Shown here: positions 1 to 8,765 of the stretch, piece after piece | Layout: each line of letters opens with the position of its first letter | Position numbering within the stretch: the first letter of the stretch is position 1 | DNA from: an uncultured Thermoplasmatales archaeon | GTDB lineage: Archaea > Thermoplasmatota > E2 > DHVEG-1 | Assembly (NCBI GenBank): GCA_964627915.1 | Contig: CAZVKY010000001.1 | Coordinates: 6,966 to 68,464 of the forward strand | Direction: 5' to 3' | Length of the DNA stretch: 61,499 nt | The notes under the pieces: generated by a model | Told to the model about the DNA's origin: nothing | Databases searched by the model: none | The model's input: the letters and a program-made list of their open reading frames with translations, nothing else | Position numbers and translations under genes: made by a program

Positions 1-156
1 ATTTTCTAGTATTCGTGTCATGCTTCCAGCATCTTCATCCATGATTCCTGATGCAAGTATTAACGGGTTTTGAAAGTGTATGCCTGCTAGTGTGGTGTGT
101 AAATTCACCAGTTCTATCACCAGGGGTGTAAATATTTCTCTGTTATTTAAACCCAT
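1..156 (-). CDS. pyrD: dihydroorotate dehydrogenase, N-terminal fragment (gene runs off the window start)
   Basis: Manual reverse-strand translation from ATG at 154-156: MGLNNREIFTPLVIELVNLHTTLAGIHFQNPLILASGIMDEDAGSMTRILEN. The L-x-G-x-x-F-x-NP-x-x-x-ASG block is typical of class-1 DHODH N-termini. The frame stays open to the window edge. Not in the ORF track because it is under 60 aa. Confidence 0.55.
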   Translation of the reverse strand, partial: MGLNNREIFTPLVIELVNLHTTLAGIHFQNPLILASGIMDEDAGSMTRILEN

Positions 157-234
157 TTTACATAAAAAAATCAGTTCTTTTGGTTGCTTACGAAAAATAC
201 ATTAAAAAAGAATTGGTATCCCTACATTGAAAAA

Positions 235-1119
235 ATGTATTCGGTTACGACTTGGTTTGGGATTTTTCTTTATCAGAACAATGAACTTGTTGATTCTGTG
301 CTGTTTTCTCATGATGTAACACGGCTTAGTGAGAGATTTATTTGTCTTTATCATAATGAGGTATTGCCTGAAGAAATAACGGTTATTGGAAAAAACACAG
401 TTGTTGGTGAATATCGGTTGTCATCGATTGGAAAGTATCGACCCAGGGATCCTTTCTTTGAGCAAATCAACATCAATTGTGAAGATTTTGGTTTTTCTTT
501 GGATGTATTGCAGAAAGCTCTGGTACAAACTTCTCATCAGTTGGTTTTTGCAGATCTTAAAAGAAAGGACTATCAGATTGTTCAGATGATAAATAGTATT
601 GATGAATTAGTTCAAATTTCGAATTTGTTAAAAGAGCGTTTGGATTGCTGGTTGGTTTTTCCAACAGATACAAACGATGTGCAGCCGGTAACAGATCTTA
701 TTAATCAGGTTGATGAAAAAATACATCAACTTGAGGAATCAATTACTGTTGAAATCACGCAGTTAGCTCCGAATACAACCGAGTTGATTGGTCCGCTTCT
801 CTCTGCTCGTTTGCTTGCTGTTGCAGGAACAATGCATCGGCTTGCTTGTTTTCCAGCTTCCTCCATTCAGTTATTAGGTGCTGAAAAAGCATTTTTCCGA
901 TTTAAAAAAGAAGGTGGTAACCCACCAAAGCATGGAGTTATTTTTCAGCATCCATTGATTAATCAGTCCCCCCGCAAACTCAGAGGTCGTATCGCTCGTA
1001 TGTTAGCTGCTAAGATTATGTTAGCCGCTCGAGCAGATGTGTTTACAAAACGGGATATATCTTCAACATTGAAACAATCCTTACAGGAGGGTATTAGGGA
1101 GATAAAAAAAAATCAGTAA
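235..1119 (+). CDS. nop5: Nop56/58 (Nop5) C/D box sRNP core protein
   Basis: C-terminal Nop domain: GPLLSARLLAVAGTMHRLACFPASSIQLLGAEKAFFRFKKEGGNPPKHGVIFQHPLI...RGRIARMLAAKIMLAARADVF. ATG at 235 (MYSVTTWFGIFLY) preferred over the TTG at 184 used by the track. Confidence 0.85.
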   Translation: MYSVTTWFGIFLYQNNELVDSVLFSHDVTRLSERFICLYHNEVLPEEITVIGKNTVVGEYRLSSIGKYRPRDPFFEQININCEDFGFSLDVLQKALVQTSHQLVFADLKRKDYQIVQMINSIDELVQISNLLKERLDCWLVFPTDTNDVQPVTDLINQVDEKIHQLEESITVEITQLAPNTTELIGPLLSARLLAVAGTMHRLACFPASSIQLLGAEKAFFRFKKEGGNPPKHGVIFQHPLINQSPRKLRGRIARMLAAKIMLAARADVFTKRDISSTLKQSLQEGIREIKKNQ

Positions 1120-1189
1120 AGCTTTAATGAGGATTGTTTTTATTGACCTGTAAAACATTATATGTTTTGATTGGAAGGAGAAGTCATCT

Positions 1190-2710
1190 ATGAGTGATAT
1201 AAAATCGGTGTTTCGAGATATCGGTGCTATTTTTATTATGATTGGTTTTGTTTCATTGATTGCTGTTATTATCCCTCTTGTTTTCCATGAGTATGGTGCA
1301 GATGCTGCATTTGATGCGATTTCCCCGTTGTTGATTACATCCGGGATTTTTTTTCTTTTTGGCGTTCCATTATATTATGTTTTTCGAAAGGCTGATCCAG
1401 CTGATTTTAAAAGTGCGATGGTTACTGCTGCATTGGGCTGGTTGTTCATCTCATTGATTAGTAGTATCCCGTTTTTATTGATTCCTTTTAATACATCAAA
1501 TTTAATGCAGATGGATTTTTTATCAGCTTTTTTTGAATCGATGTCTGGCTGGACAGGAACGGGTCTTACCATGATTGATAATGAAGCATTGCTCCCCTAT
1601 ACATTGCAGTTTTGGCGGACGTTTATTCAGTGGGTTGGTGGTGTTGGAGTGATCGTGTTAACGCTTTCTATTCTTGCTCGTCCTGGAACGGGTTCCTATG
1701 TGTTATATAAGGGTGAGGCTCGTGATCAAAAGACACATCCATCTGTTGTTTCAACGGTTCGTACTATTTGGTGGATTTATGCATTGTATACCGTTATTGG
1801 TATAGTTGCGTTAATCATTGTTGGCATGGTTACTTCTGATGGGATGGATGTGTGGCAATCGGTTAATCATGCGATGACTGGTCTGGGAACGGGTGGTTTT
1901 TCAGTAACTGATGATAGTATTGCTCCTTTTGGGATAGCTAGTCAGCTTGTTATTATTGTGTTAATGGTTTTTGGAGCTGTTGCTTTTTCTGCTCATTATG
2001 AGTTGTTAAATGGTCGTTTTAAAAAATTTTTTTCAGATGCACAGTTGAAAACCATGATTATTCTTATTGTGTTTGGTGTTGTGGTGTTAAGTGTGCTTCT
2101 TTCGCTTGGATCTGTGTTTTCTTCAGATATGTTTCTTCATATGATTGGCCCAAGTGGATTTCAGTTTATTTCAGCGTTAACGTGCACGGGTTTTGCATCA
2201 GTTACCAATCTTGCGCAGTGGTCTGAGTCAGCGAAACTCTTGTTATCGGTTGCTATGGTAATCGGTGGAGCTGCTGGTTCAACCGCTGGTGGTATTAAAT
2301 TATTTAGAGCTATATTGTTGTATAAAGGAGTTGGCTGGCGGATTAAACAAGCGATTTCTACGCCAAGACGAGTTTTTGTTCATAAGCTTGGGGAGAAATC
2401 ATTGTCAAAAGATGTTGCTATTGATTTGATAAATGAGGCAGCGATTATTTCATTTATGTGGGTGATTATTCTGTTATTTGGGGTGTTTGTTCTTTCTCTT
2501 ATTTTTCCCTCAGAAACACTTGGAACGGTTATTTTTGAGGTTTGTTCTGCTCAGGGAAATGTTGGGTTAACTGCTGGTTTAACCACTATTGACATGGATC
2601 CTGTTTCTAAAATCATGTTGATTATTAATATGTGGGTGGGACGATTAGAGATAATACCAATTATTGTATTGTTTCGTTCATTGTTTGGTATTCGAAAAAA
2701 TTTAATTTAA
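1190..2710 (+). CDS. trkH: TrkH/KtrB-family potassium uptake membrane protein
   Basis: 506 aa polytopic protein with repeated pore-loop-like motifs (SGWTGTGLT, TGLGTGGFS, CTGFASV, AQGNVGLTAGL) characteristic of Trk/Ktr/HKT transporters. Confidence 0.85.
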   Translation: MSDIKSVFRDIGAIFIMIGFVSLIAVIIPLVFHEYGADAAFDAISPLLITSGIFFLFGVPLYYVFRKADPADFKSAMVTAALGWLFISLISSIPFLLIPFNTSNLMQMDFLSAFFESMSGWTGTGLTMIDNEALLPYTLQFWRTFIQWVGGVGVIVLTLSILARPGTGSYVLYKGEARDQKTHPSVVSTVRTIWWIYALYTVIGIVALIIVGMVTSDGMDVWQSVNHAMTGLGTGGFSVTDDSIAPFGIASQLVIIVLMVFGAVAFSAHYELLNGRFKKFFSDAQLKTMIILIVFGVVVLSVLLSLGSVFSSDMFLHMIGPSGFQFISALTCTGFASVTNLAQWSESAKLLLSVAMVIGGAAGSTAGGIKLFRAILLYKGVGWRIKQAISTPRRVFVHKLGEKSLSKDVAIDLINEAAIISFMWVIILLFGVFVLSLIFPSETLGTVIFEVCSAQGNVGLTAGLTTIDMDPVSKIMLIINMWVGRLEIIPIIVLFRSLFGIRKNLI

Positions 2711-2722
2711 AAAAGAGGGAAC

Positions 2723-2995
2723 CTATTGATTTTCCTGTTGTTTTAGAAGGATGAATTGGTCATCTTTGAATTTTTTGATGTATTCCTCTATTTTGCTAAT
2801 AGCAGTTAATAGGTTTATTGCTTCTTCATCATCAGGTGAAGATGGAACTGTTGAATCAGGGTTTGCTTCTCTTTTTTTATGGAAATCTGTTTTTTGATAT
2901 TCTTCATGAAGTATTTCCTTTGCTTGTTTTAGTATGCGGATCTTGTCATTAACGGTCTGAATGGTTTCTGGCATTTTTTTTCTTTCCTCCATCAT
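2723..2995 (-). CDS. hypothetical small acidic coiled-coil protein
   Basis: 90 aa ORF filling the gap between flanking genes. No recognisable motif. Confidence 0.4.
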   Translation of the reverse strand: MMEERKKMPETIQTVNDKIRILKQAKEILHEEYQKTDFHKKREANPDSTVPSSPDDEEAINLLTAISKIEEYIKKFKDDQFILLKQQENQ

Positions 2996-3064
2996 TAATT
3001 GAATTAGTTACGTTAATCTCAGTGGGTTATTATCCTTGGTATTCATAAAGTTTTATGTGATACT

Positions 3065-3484
3065 TCAGAGCTTAAGTTCAGCTAGGCCTGTTTTATCTGA
3101 AATGGTTCTGGTTGCTACTATTTTTGTTTTTAAGAGAGCTATTTCATTTGTTATTGCTACTGTTCCATTGATAAGATGACCGCCCTTTGTTTGTTTTTGT
3201 TCATCACCGATGACGGTGTGTGCATGAATATGAACTGTTTCTTCATTATTGATGATGTTACCGGAGAGGCTGAGTAGTTCATATATGCCTTGAAAGGTTT
3301 GTTTTGTGTAATCATTTTTTTGTTTGAAATAACCAAGTGTTGGGTTTTTGATTTGACCGATACCAGAAAGTATAATTGCTGTGGTTAGATTATGTTTTTT
3401 TGAGAGTTTTTGGAGTGATTGAAGAATGTTTTCTCCAGGATACAATCGAAAGATGATGATATCGTTTTTTTCTTTTGATTTCAT
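3065..3484 (-). CDS. PPC/DUF296-domain protein
   Basis: FRLYPGENILQSLQKLSKKHNLTTAIILSGIGQIKNPTLGYF...HIHAHTVIGDEQ..GGHLINGTV pattern typical of DUF296/PPC proteins. Start set at MKSKEKND (ATG 3482-3484), because the 3523 start would leave only 3 nt to the divergent udg gene. Confidence 0.6.
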   Translation of the reverse strand: MKSKEKNDIIIFRLYPGENILQSLQKLSKKHNLTTAIILSGIGQIKNPTLGYFKQKNDYTKQTFQGIYELLSLSGNIINNEETVHIHAHTVIGDEQKQTKGGHLINGTVAITNEIALLKTKIVATRTISDKTGLAELKL

Positions 3485-3526
3485 GAGAAAAATGATATCT
3501 GGTAAAGACATATAAAGATACATGAA

Positions 3527-4144
3527 ATGGAGAGTGGTATCATGTCAAAAGAATCTGAGCTAAATGAAGTAAAGAAAAGAATTATTTCGTGTACAAAATG
3601 TGATCTTTCTAAAACTCGTACGCATCCTGTTGTTGGAGAGGGATCAAGTGATGCTACGATTATGTTTATCGGTGAGGCACCTGGGTTTCATGAAGATAAA
3701 AAAGGTCAGCCCTTTGTGGGCAGAGCTGGAAAGATTCTTGATGAGCTTTTGTCTTCGATTGATTTAAATCGATCGGATGTGTTTATCGTTAATATTTTGA
3801 AATGCCGACCGCCCAATAATCGAAATCCTCAAAAAAATGAGATTCTTGCGTGTACAGAATATCTTGATCGGCAAATTGAAATTATTCAACCAAGTATTCT
3901 GGTACCATTAGGTAATTTTGCTTGTACCTATATTTTTGAAAAATTTGGTATCTCATATGATAAAATTAGCCGTATTCATGGGGAAATCTTTCAGAGGAAT
4001 ACATTGCTTGGATCTCTGTATATTATTCCGATGTATCATCCTGCGGTTTCAACCTATAATCCTCAGAAGAAATCAACGCTTCTTACCGATATGGAATCAT
4101 TACGATCTATTGAGAAGAAACTACTAGTCAAAAACCCCTCATAG
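3527..4144 (+). CDS. udg: uracil-DNA glycosylase, family 4
   Basis: CTKCDLSKTRTHPVVGEG...IMFIGEAPGFHEDKKGQPFVGRAGKILD...VNILKCRPPNNRNP...HPA: family-4 UDG motifs including the Fe-S cysteines. Alternative start MSKES at 3542. Confidence 0.85.
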   Translation: MESGIMSKESELNEVKKRIISCTKCDLSKTRTHPVVGEGSSDATIMFIGEAPGFHEDKKGQPFVGRAGKILDELLSSIDLNRSDVFIVNILKCRPPNNRNPQKNEILACTEYLDRQIEIIQPSILVPLGNFACTYIFEKFGISYDKISRIHGEIFQRNTLLGSLYIIPMYHPAVSTYNPQKKSTLLTDMESLRSIEKKLLVKNPS

Positions 4145-4199
4145 ATCACCGTAAATATTTTTTGTAGCTCGTGAATTTTTTTTTAAAGGTCATGATAAC

Positions 4200-5345
4200 A
4201 TGGAAAAAAGAACAAGAGGTATTCAAAAAGCACCACTTGTTGATTTGTTCTCATCAGTAGATTTTCCTCGGGATATGGTTTCATTAGGTCAGGGAATCCC
4301 GTTTTTTGGTCCACCAATCGAGGTGATTAATACGATTGCAGATGGAATAAAAAGACCAAGTGCTTATCGATATACTGCTGATGCAGGGGTATTAACGCTT
4401 AGAAAAAAGATTGCTCAAAAACTTTTTCGGCAGCATGCGTTATCGTTTGATCCAAATCATCAAGTGGTGGTAACGGTAGGGGCGAATCAAGCATTTATGA
4501 ACGCCATCCTTTCTGTTACTAATACGGGTGATGAAATTATTTTGTTTCGACCGACATATTTTAATTATGTGATGGGTGTTCAGCTTGCAGGTTGTATTCC
4601 GATTATTTGTGAAACTGATGAGAATTTTCATCCTCGGATTCAGGATTTACAAAAAAAACTCAGCGAGAAGACAAAAGCAGTTGTTACCATTTCACCAAAT
4701 AATCCAACTGGTGCAGTGTATACTGCTGATGAATTAAAAAAGATTAATGAGTTCTGCGCGTCACATGATTTGTTTCATATCTCTGATGAAGTCTATGAAT
4801 ATTTTGTTTATGATGATGTTATTCATAGGACTCCATTGGTTTTTGATGCTGATTTAGATCATACGATTTCGTTGTTTTCTTTTTCGAAAGCTTTTGGGAT
4901 GTCTGGACTGCGGGTTGGATACATGATGGTTCCTCAGCAGATATATGATGATGTACTGAAAGTTCAGGATACTATTGGGATTTGTGCCCCTGCGCTTTCT
5001 CAGATGGCTGCAGAAGCAGCGATTCAGATGGATGATCGTTATGTTTCTCGTTTTCTGCCAGTGTTTCAAAAAAATCGGGAAATGATGAGGAATCTGTTGA
5101 GCCATCAATCAAAGGTGAAATGCAGTATGCTTAATGGGGCATACTATGTTTTTTTATCGTATAATGGTACTCTTCCATCATGGGAGGTATCCAAACAATT
5201 AGTTGAGGAGTATAAAGTGATGGTTCTTCCGGGATCTGTTTTTGATATGGAGTATTCATTACGAGTATCTTATGGGAATTTAAAAACAAAGGATTTTGAA
5301 AAGGGTTTATATCGGCTGGTAGATGGATTAAATGATATCCTTTAA
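4200..5345 (+). CDS. class I/II pyridoxal-phosphate-dependent aminotransferase
   Basis: SPNNPTGAVY and SFSKAFGMSGLRVGY (PLP-lysine motif). 381 aa. Confidence 0.85.
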   Translation: MEKRTRGIQKAPLVDLFSSVDFPRDMVSLGQGIPFFGPPIEVINTIADGIKRPSAYRYTADAGVLTLRKKIAQKLFRQHALSFDPNHQVVVTVGANQAFMNAILSVTNTGDEIILFRPTYFNYVMGVQLAGCIPIICETDENFHPRIQDLQKKLSEKTKAVVTISPNNPTGAVYTADELKKINEFCASHDLFHISDEVYEYFVYDDVIHRTPLVFDADLDHTISLFSFSKAFGMSGLRVGYMMVPQQIYDDVLKVQDTIGICAPALSQMAAEAAIQMDDRYVSRFLPVFQKNREMMRNLLSHQSKVKCSMLNGAYYVFLSYNGTLPSWEVSKQLVEEYKVMVLPGSVFDMEYSLRVSYGNLKTKDFEKGLYRLVDGLNDIL

Positions 5346-5672
5346 GCAGTTGTTTTTTTCTTTCAATGAACTTATGATGAAATCATCGAATTGTTGCTTA
5401 TCAAATGGTTTTAATAAAAAGTTTTTTTTATCTGTAGTATCCGTTATCTGCGCAGAAGTTAAGCTAGGGTAGATGGGAAAATACCCTGTTTTATCTTCAT
5501 CTGGTATAGTGGTATGAAGGAGCAATAGTGAGATGGATTGATCATTTCTGAGTTGCTCCAAAGCCTCTCTAGAAGTATCAACTGTTTTTACGTTGATGTC
5601 AGTATTGGTATGGTATGATTCAATTTTTTTATGTATTTCTGGATCATCATCTACAATCATGACTGTTTTCAT
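5328..5672 (-). CDS. stand-alone response-regulator receiver-like domain (atypical)
   Basis: MKTVMIVDDDPE...SLLLLHTTIPDED...FLLKPF matches the CheY-like fold landmarks. Start placed at ATG 5670-5672 (MKTVMIVDDD) because the 40-aa upstream extension in the track has no receiver features. 3' end overlaps the convergent aminotransferase by 18 nt. Confidence 0.65.
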   Translation of the reverse strand: MKTVMIVDDDPEIHKKIESYHTNTDINVKTVDTSREALEQLRNDQSISLLLLHTTIPDEDKTGYFPIYPSLTSAQITDTTDKKNFLLKPFDKQQFDDFIISSLKEKNNCLKDII

Positions 5673-6080
5673 TTTCCTCAGAGTAGTGATAAACAGTTTA
5701 TTGTATTTGTTTTTTTCCTTTAGAAATCCTAGTATGTCCAAAAGGAGGGAAGAAGGGGCTAGATGGGTGTAAGAAGAGGTGATTAAGAACATTGTTTCCA
5801 GCCCCTTGCAGATTATTCATCCTAATCTTATCAAATATTCTATTAAGCAAGGTATATAAAACGTGGTTGTAAAAATATCACATTGCTATTTTTATATCAA
5901 AAATAATATTTGAGGGATAAAAAGGGTAGTATTTTTCTTCTCATTTTTGTTAAGTTATATGATTATTTTCTTCTATGATTGTTACCTACGTATTTAGATG
6001 CATATGCGATTACACTAAATGATTATATATTGTGATAATATCTTATTGTTAACAAAAAAGTTAGGAAGGATGGAGAAAAC

Positions 6081-6506
6081 ATGGAAGAATTATTGAAAAA
6101 ATTTGGAAGCTGGTTATTTCTTGTAGGAATTTTAGTCGCCGTTGTTGTAGGTATTGTTTTTGCAGCAAATCCAACGTGGATGACGAATTATTCTGGTACG
6201 ATTTCTACGGTGCTTGCTGTACTTGGTTTTGTGGTTGGTGTACTCTCGTTTTTTGCGTTGGGTAGTATTACTCAGGAACGGGTCCCTACGTTTCTTATAG
6301 CAGCTTTGATGCTAGTGGGTATTGGTGCAGCATTAAACACTGATTTCTTTGCTCAGATTAATTATATCGGTGCTTATTTTACCAATATTGCCGCGATGAT
6401 AGCTGTTTTTGTAGCTCCTGCTGCTGGAATCCTTGCTATTCGAGCCATTTGGGACACTGGAAAAACTGAGGAAATTGAAAAAGTAATACCTAAGATTCCA
6501 AAGTAA
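6081..6506 (+). CDS. hypothetical integral membrane protein (about 4 TM)
   Basis: 141 aa, four hydrophobic segments. GGAG-containing purine stretch (aggaaggatggag) upstream of the ATG, and a hairpin plus T-tract immediately downstream. Confidence 0.6.
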   Translation: MEELLKKFGSWLFLVGILVAVVVGIVFAANPTWMTNYSGTISTVLAVLGFVVGVLSFFALGSITQERVPTFLIAALMLVGIGAALNTDFFAQINYIGAYFTNIAAMIAVFVAPAAGILAIRAIWDTGKTEEIEKVIPKIPK

Positions 6507-6537
6507 GAAAGCAATTGCTTTCTTTTTTCTTTTTTTT
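6507..6537 (+). terminator. hairpin plus oligo-T terminator-like element
   Basis: Perfect palindrome gaaagcaa/ttgctttc (6507-6522) directly after the stop codon, followed by tttttt-c-tttttttt. Confidence 0.5.
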
Positions 6538-6547
6538 ATCTAATGTG

Positions 6548-6655
6548 TTATAATCCACCATTAATCAAGTTTAGTACCCATTTATAAAAACTGATTATGG
6601 TCATGGTGAATAATCCACCAATAAATCCAATGATCATTATAGAGAGTGCATTCAT
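6548..6655 (-). CDS. candidate 35-aa hydrophobic micro-protein
   Basis: Manual translation: MNALSIMIIGFIGGLFTMTIISFYKWVLNLINGGL*. AGGAG about 8 nt upstream of the ATG and a TTTAAAA box further upstream. Below the track length cut-off. Confidence 0.3.
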   Translation of the reverse strand: MNALSIMIIGFIGGLFTMTIISFYKWVLNLINGGL

Positions 6656-6681
6656 TTCTTTTTAACTCCTTTGAATTCAAT

Positions 6682-6703
6682 GTCAACCCTTTGCTGGGTT
6701 GAC
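6682..6703. promoter_or_regulatory. 22-bp perfect palindrome (gtcaaccc-tttgct-gggttgac), operator or 5' hairpin candidate
   Basis: 8-bp perfect inverted repeat with a 6-nt spacer, between a TATA-like TTTAAAA box and the micro-ORF start on the minus strand. Confidence 0.3.
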
Positions 6704-6956
6704 GAATTTTAAATACAATATTATATTTATACTTTTAAATATATAAATTCTTTGTAGAAAAATATCATCCATCATCAAATATCATCCAATTTAGAGAAAT
6801 CGAAAGACATATAATCAACAAGGTGTATATGGAAAATGGGGTGATTCGGATGCAAAAAACCTTACTCGATTTTATTAACGAGGATGCTAAGTCAGAGATA
6901 CTACAAAATCATTAAAGAAGGAATGAAAGAGATTACACTATTCGATCAATGGTTCT

Positions 6957-7571
6957 TCATAGCTTTATTGATTTATTTTGCCAGAGCTTGTAGATGGCAA
7001 TGCTTAATATCGCTGCAAAACAGATAAAACAGATTATAGCTATGTACAGAAAAAGTGGATCTTGATAGATCAGTGTTACATTTTCTCTTCCTTGTTCGAG
7101 AAGTATTTTTCCATTTTCTGGAAAAGCGGTTCCATTTGGGGATGATGGAAGACTTGATTTGTTACCCTCTATGATATCAGTAGCATCCATGGTTCCTAGT
7201 TGATTGTAATCGGCCGTGGATATAATGGTTCCCTTTGCCCAGAGAAATATTTGTGTAATCGCTGCAAATAATGCCACAAAGGAGGTAGTGAACAATACCA
7301 CGATTTTTGTATTTTCAGGATGAAGAAGACTTTCCCCTTTCCAGGATAATTTGTAATAAACCCATTTATGCCCTGGCCGTTGTTTCTTTTTGACAAGGCC
7401 AGTATCAATTAGTTTTTTGAGATGTTCATGAAGCGTTGCTTTGTTTAATTTAGTATTAGTACTTAATTCAGTAAGATTCATCTGTTTTCCATCAAGGGTC
7501 TTGATAATGTTTAATCGTGTTTCTGATGCTAATGCTTTGAATGCTTCTTTGTTAAGAGTGACCTTTGGCAT
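6957..7571 (-). CDS. membrane-tethered ArsR-family winged-helix transcription regulator
   Basis: N-terminus FKALASETRLNIIKTLDGKQMNLTELSTNTKLNKATLHEHLKKLIDTGLV is ArsR/wHTH-like. Two hydrophobic segments follow (IVVLFTTSFVALFAAITQIFLWA and LFLYIAIICFICFAAILSIAIY), flanking an intervening polar loop of roughly 60 aa. Confidence 0.7.
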   Translation of the reverse strand: MPKVTLNKEAFKALASETRLNIIKTLDGKQMNLTELSTNTKLNKATLHEHLKKLIDTGLVKKKQRPGHKWVYYKLSWKGESLLHPENTKIVVLFTTSFVALFAAITQIFLWAKGTIISTADYNQLGTMDATDIIEGNKSSLPSSPNGTAFPENGKILLEQGRENVTLIYQDPLFLYIAIICFICFAAILSIAIYKLWQNKSIKL

Positions 7572-7606
7572 AGCAACATCTTGAATTCGATTGACTTTAA
7601 AAATGT

Positions 7607-7855
7607 TTATTGTATTTTGAAGATGTTTGCTAGTTCATCAAATATTGTTTTTTTCAATAGGTGATACATTATCTGATTTTTTTTTAGAATACCCATCCAA
7701 AGGTAAGTGTAAACAACCATAAGTAAAGCAAACTCTGTATCACATATTTTATCTTCCATTCTCTCATCCTGACCAGATATATTTTTCAAATTACTTCTAT
7801 AATAAAGATAACTGTCATTATTTCGTTTTGAAAAATTTCCGGTAAGAAGTGTCAA
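7607..7855 (-). CDS. hypothetical protein
   Basis: 82 aa ORF only, no motif. Confidence 0.25.
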   Translation of the reverse strand: MTLLTGNFSKRNNDSYLYYRSNLKNISGQDERMEDKICDTEFALLMVVYTYLWMGILKKNQIMYHLLKKTIFDELANIFKIQ

Positions 7856-7900
7856 TGAAATCTTAAATATGATAATGAATAGAATAATGAGCCGGTAGAG

Positions 7901-8110
7901 ATGGAAAAGGCAATTAAATTAAAAGTAATGAAGTGGATAACTCAGCAATTACAGAATGGAAAAAAGGATTTTGATATCATTGATTGTGCTTCAGATATAG
8001 GGTTAGATCCATTCAATTCTAATGATATACAAATGGTAGATGATGTTTTCCAATGGAATACTGATCAGTTGGACAACTTTTTTTTGAAATCAGTTGATAA
8101 AAACACCTAA
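7901..8110 (+). CDS. hypothetical small acidic protein
   Basis: 69 aa ORF with an ATG start in otherwise unassigned space. Confidence 0.35.
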   Translation: MEKAIKLKVMKWITQQLQNGKKDFDIIDCASDIGLDPFNSNDIQMVDDVFQWNTDQLDNFFLKSVDKNT

Positions 8111-8198
8111 AATGAAAAAAAGAAGTTTTTCTTTTTTTCTCTTAAGTTCAATTTTCTCGCAACTTATTTATCACAGTGTTTCATTATCAATTTTTGTT

Positions 8199-8720
8199 AT
8201 GGATAAACAACAATTAGCAGAAATGTTGAAGGATTGTGGTGCTATTCAATTTGGTCATTTTGTGTTAACTTCTGGAGCGGTCAGTGATTATTATATCGAT
8301 ATTAAAAAGGCAAGTACAGATCCAAATACCCTTCGTGAAGTAGCAAAAAATATGGCTGAATATGCTCAAGGTTATGATTTTTTAGCTGGAATGGAGCTTG
8401 GTGCGGTACCATTGGTCGTTGCATTATCTTTAGAAACAGATATACCCTATGTGATCGTTCGCAAAGAAAAGAGAGCACATGGTACCGGGAAACAGATCGA
8501 GGGTGGAATTGTAGAAAACAAAAAAGTATTGATCGTTGAGGATGTAACCACAAGCGGTGGATCAGTGATAAAAACCATAACCGCCTTAAGAAGAGCAAAT
8601 GCTACGGTTGATACGGCTATAGTGGTAGTTGATCGTGAGGGTGGTGCTAGAGAAAAGATTCAACAGCTTGATGTTGATTTTGTGCCCTTGCTTACGGTTA
8701 GTGATATTATTAAAAAATAA
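8199..8720 (+). CDS. pyrE: orotate phosphoribosyltransferase
   Basis: MDKQQLAEMLKDCGAIQFGHFVLTSGAVSDYYIDIKK...VLIVEDVTTSGGS (PRPP-binding loop). Start moved to the ATG at 8199. The upstream 35 aa in the track are low-complexity. Confidence 0.85.
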   Translation: MDKQQLAEMLKDCGAIQFGHFVLTSGAVSDYYIDIKKASTDPNTLREVAKNMAEYAQGYDFLAGMELGAVPLVVALSLETDIPYVIVRKEKRAHGTGKQIEGGIVENKKVLIVEDVTTSGGSVIKTITALRRANATVDTAIVVVDREGGAREKIQQLDVDFVPLLTVSDIIKK

Positions 8721-8765
8721 TCTTATTTTAAAAAAAATAGGTATTGGGGAGAAGTGGATTAAAAA

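Noticed and set aside
5793-6080. 288-bp very AT-rich intergenic region considered as a replication origin.
   Set aside because: No orc1/cdc6 gene nearby and I found no repeated ORB-like elements. It is more likely promoter space for the divergent flanking genes.
8094-8198. 35-aa N-terminal extension of pyrE in the track.
   Set aside because: It is hydrophobic and low-complexity and overlaps the preceding small ORF. The conserved OPRTase N-terminus starts at the ATG at 8199.
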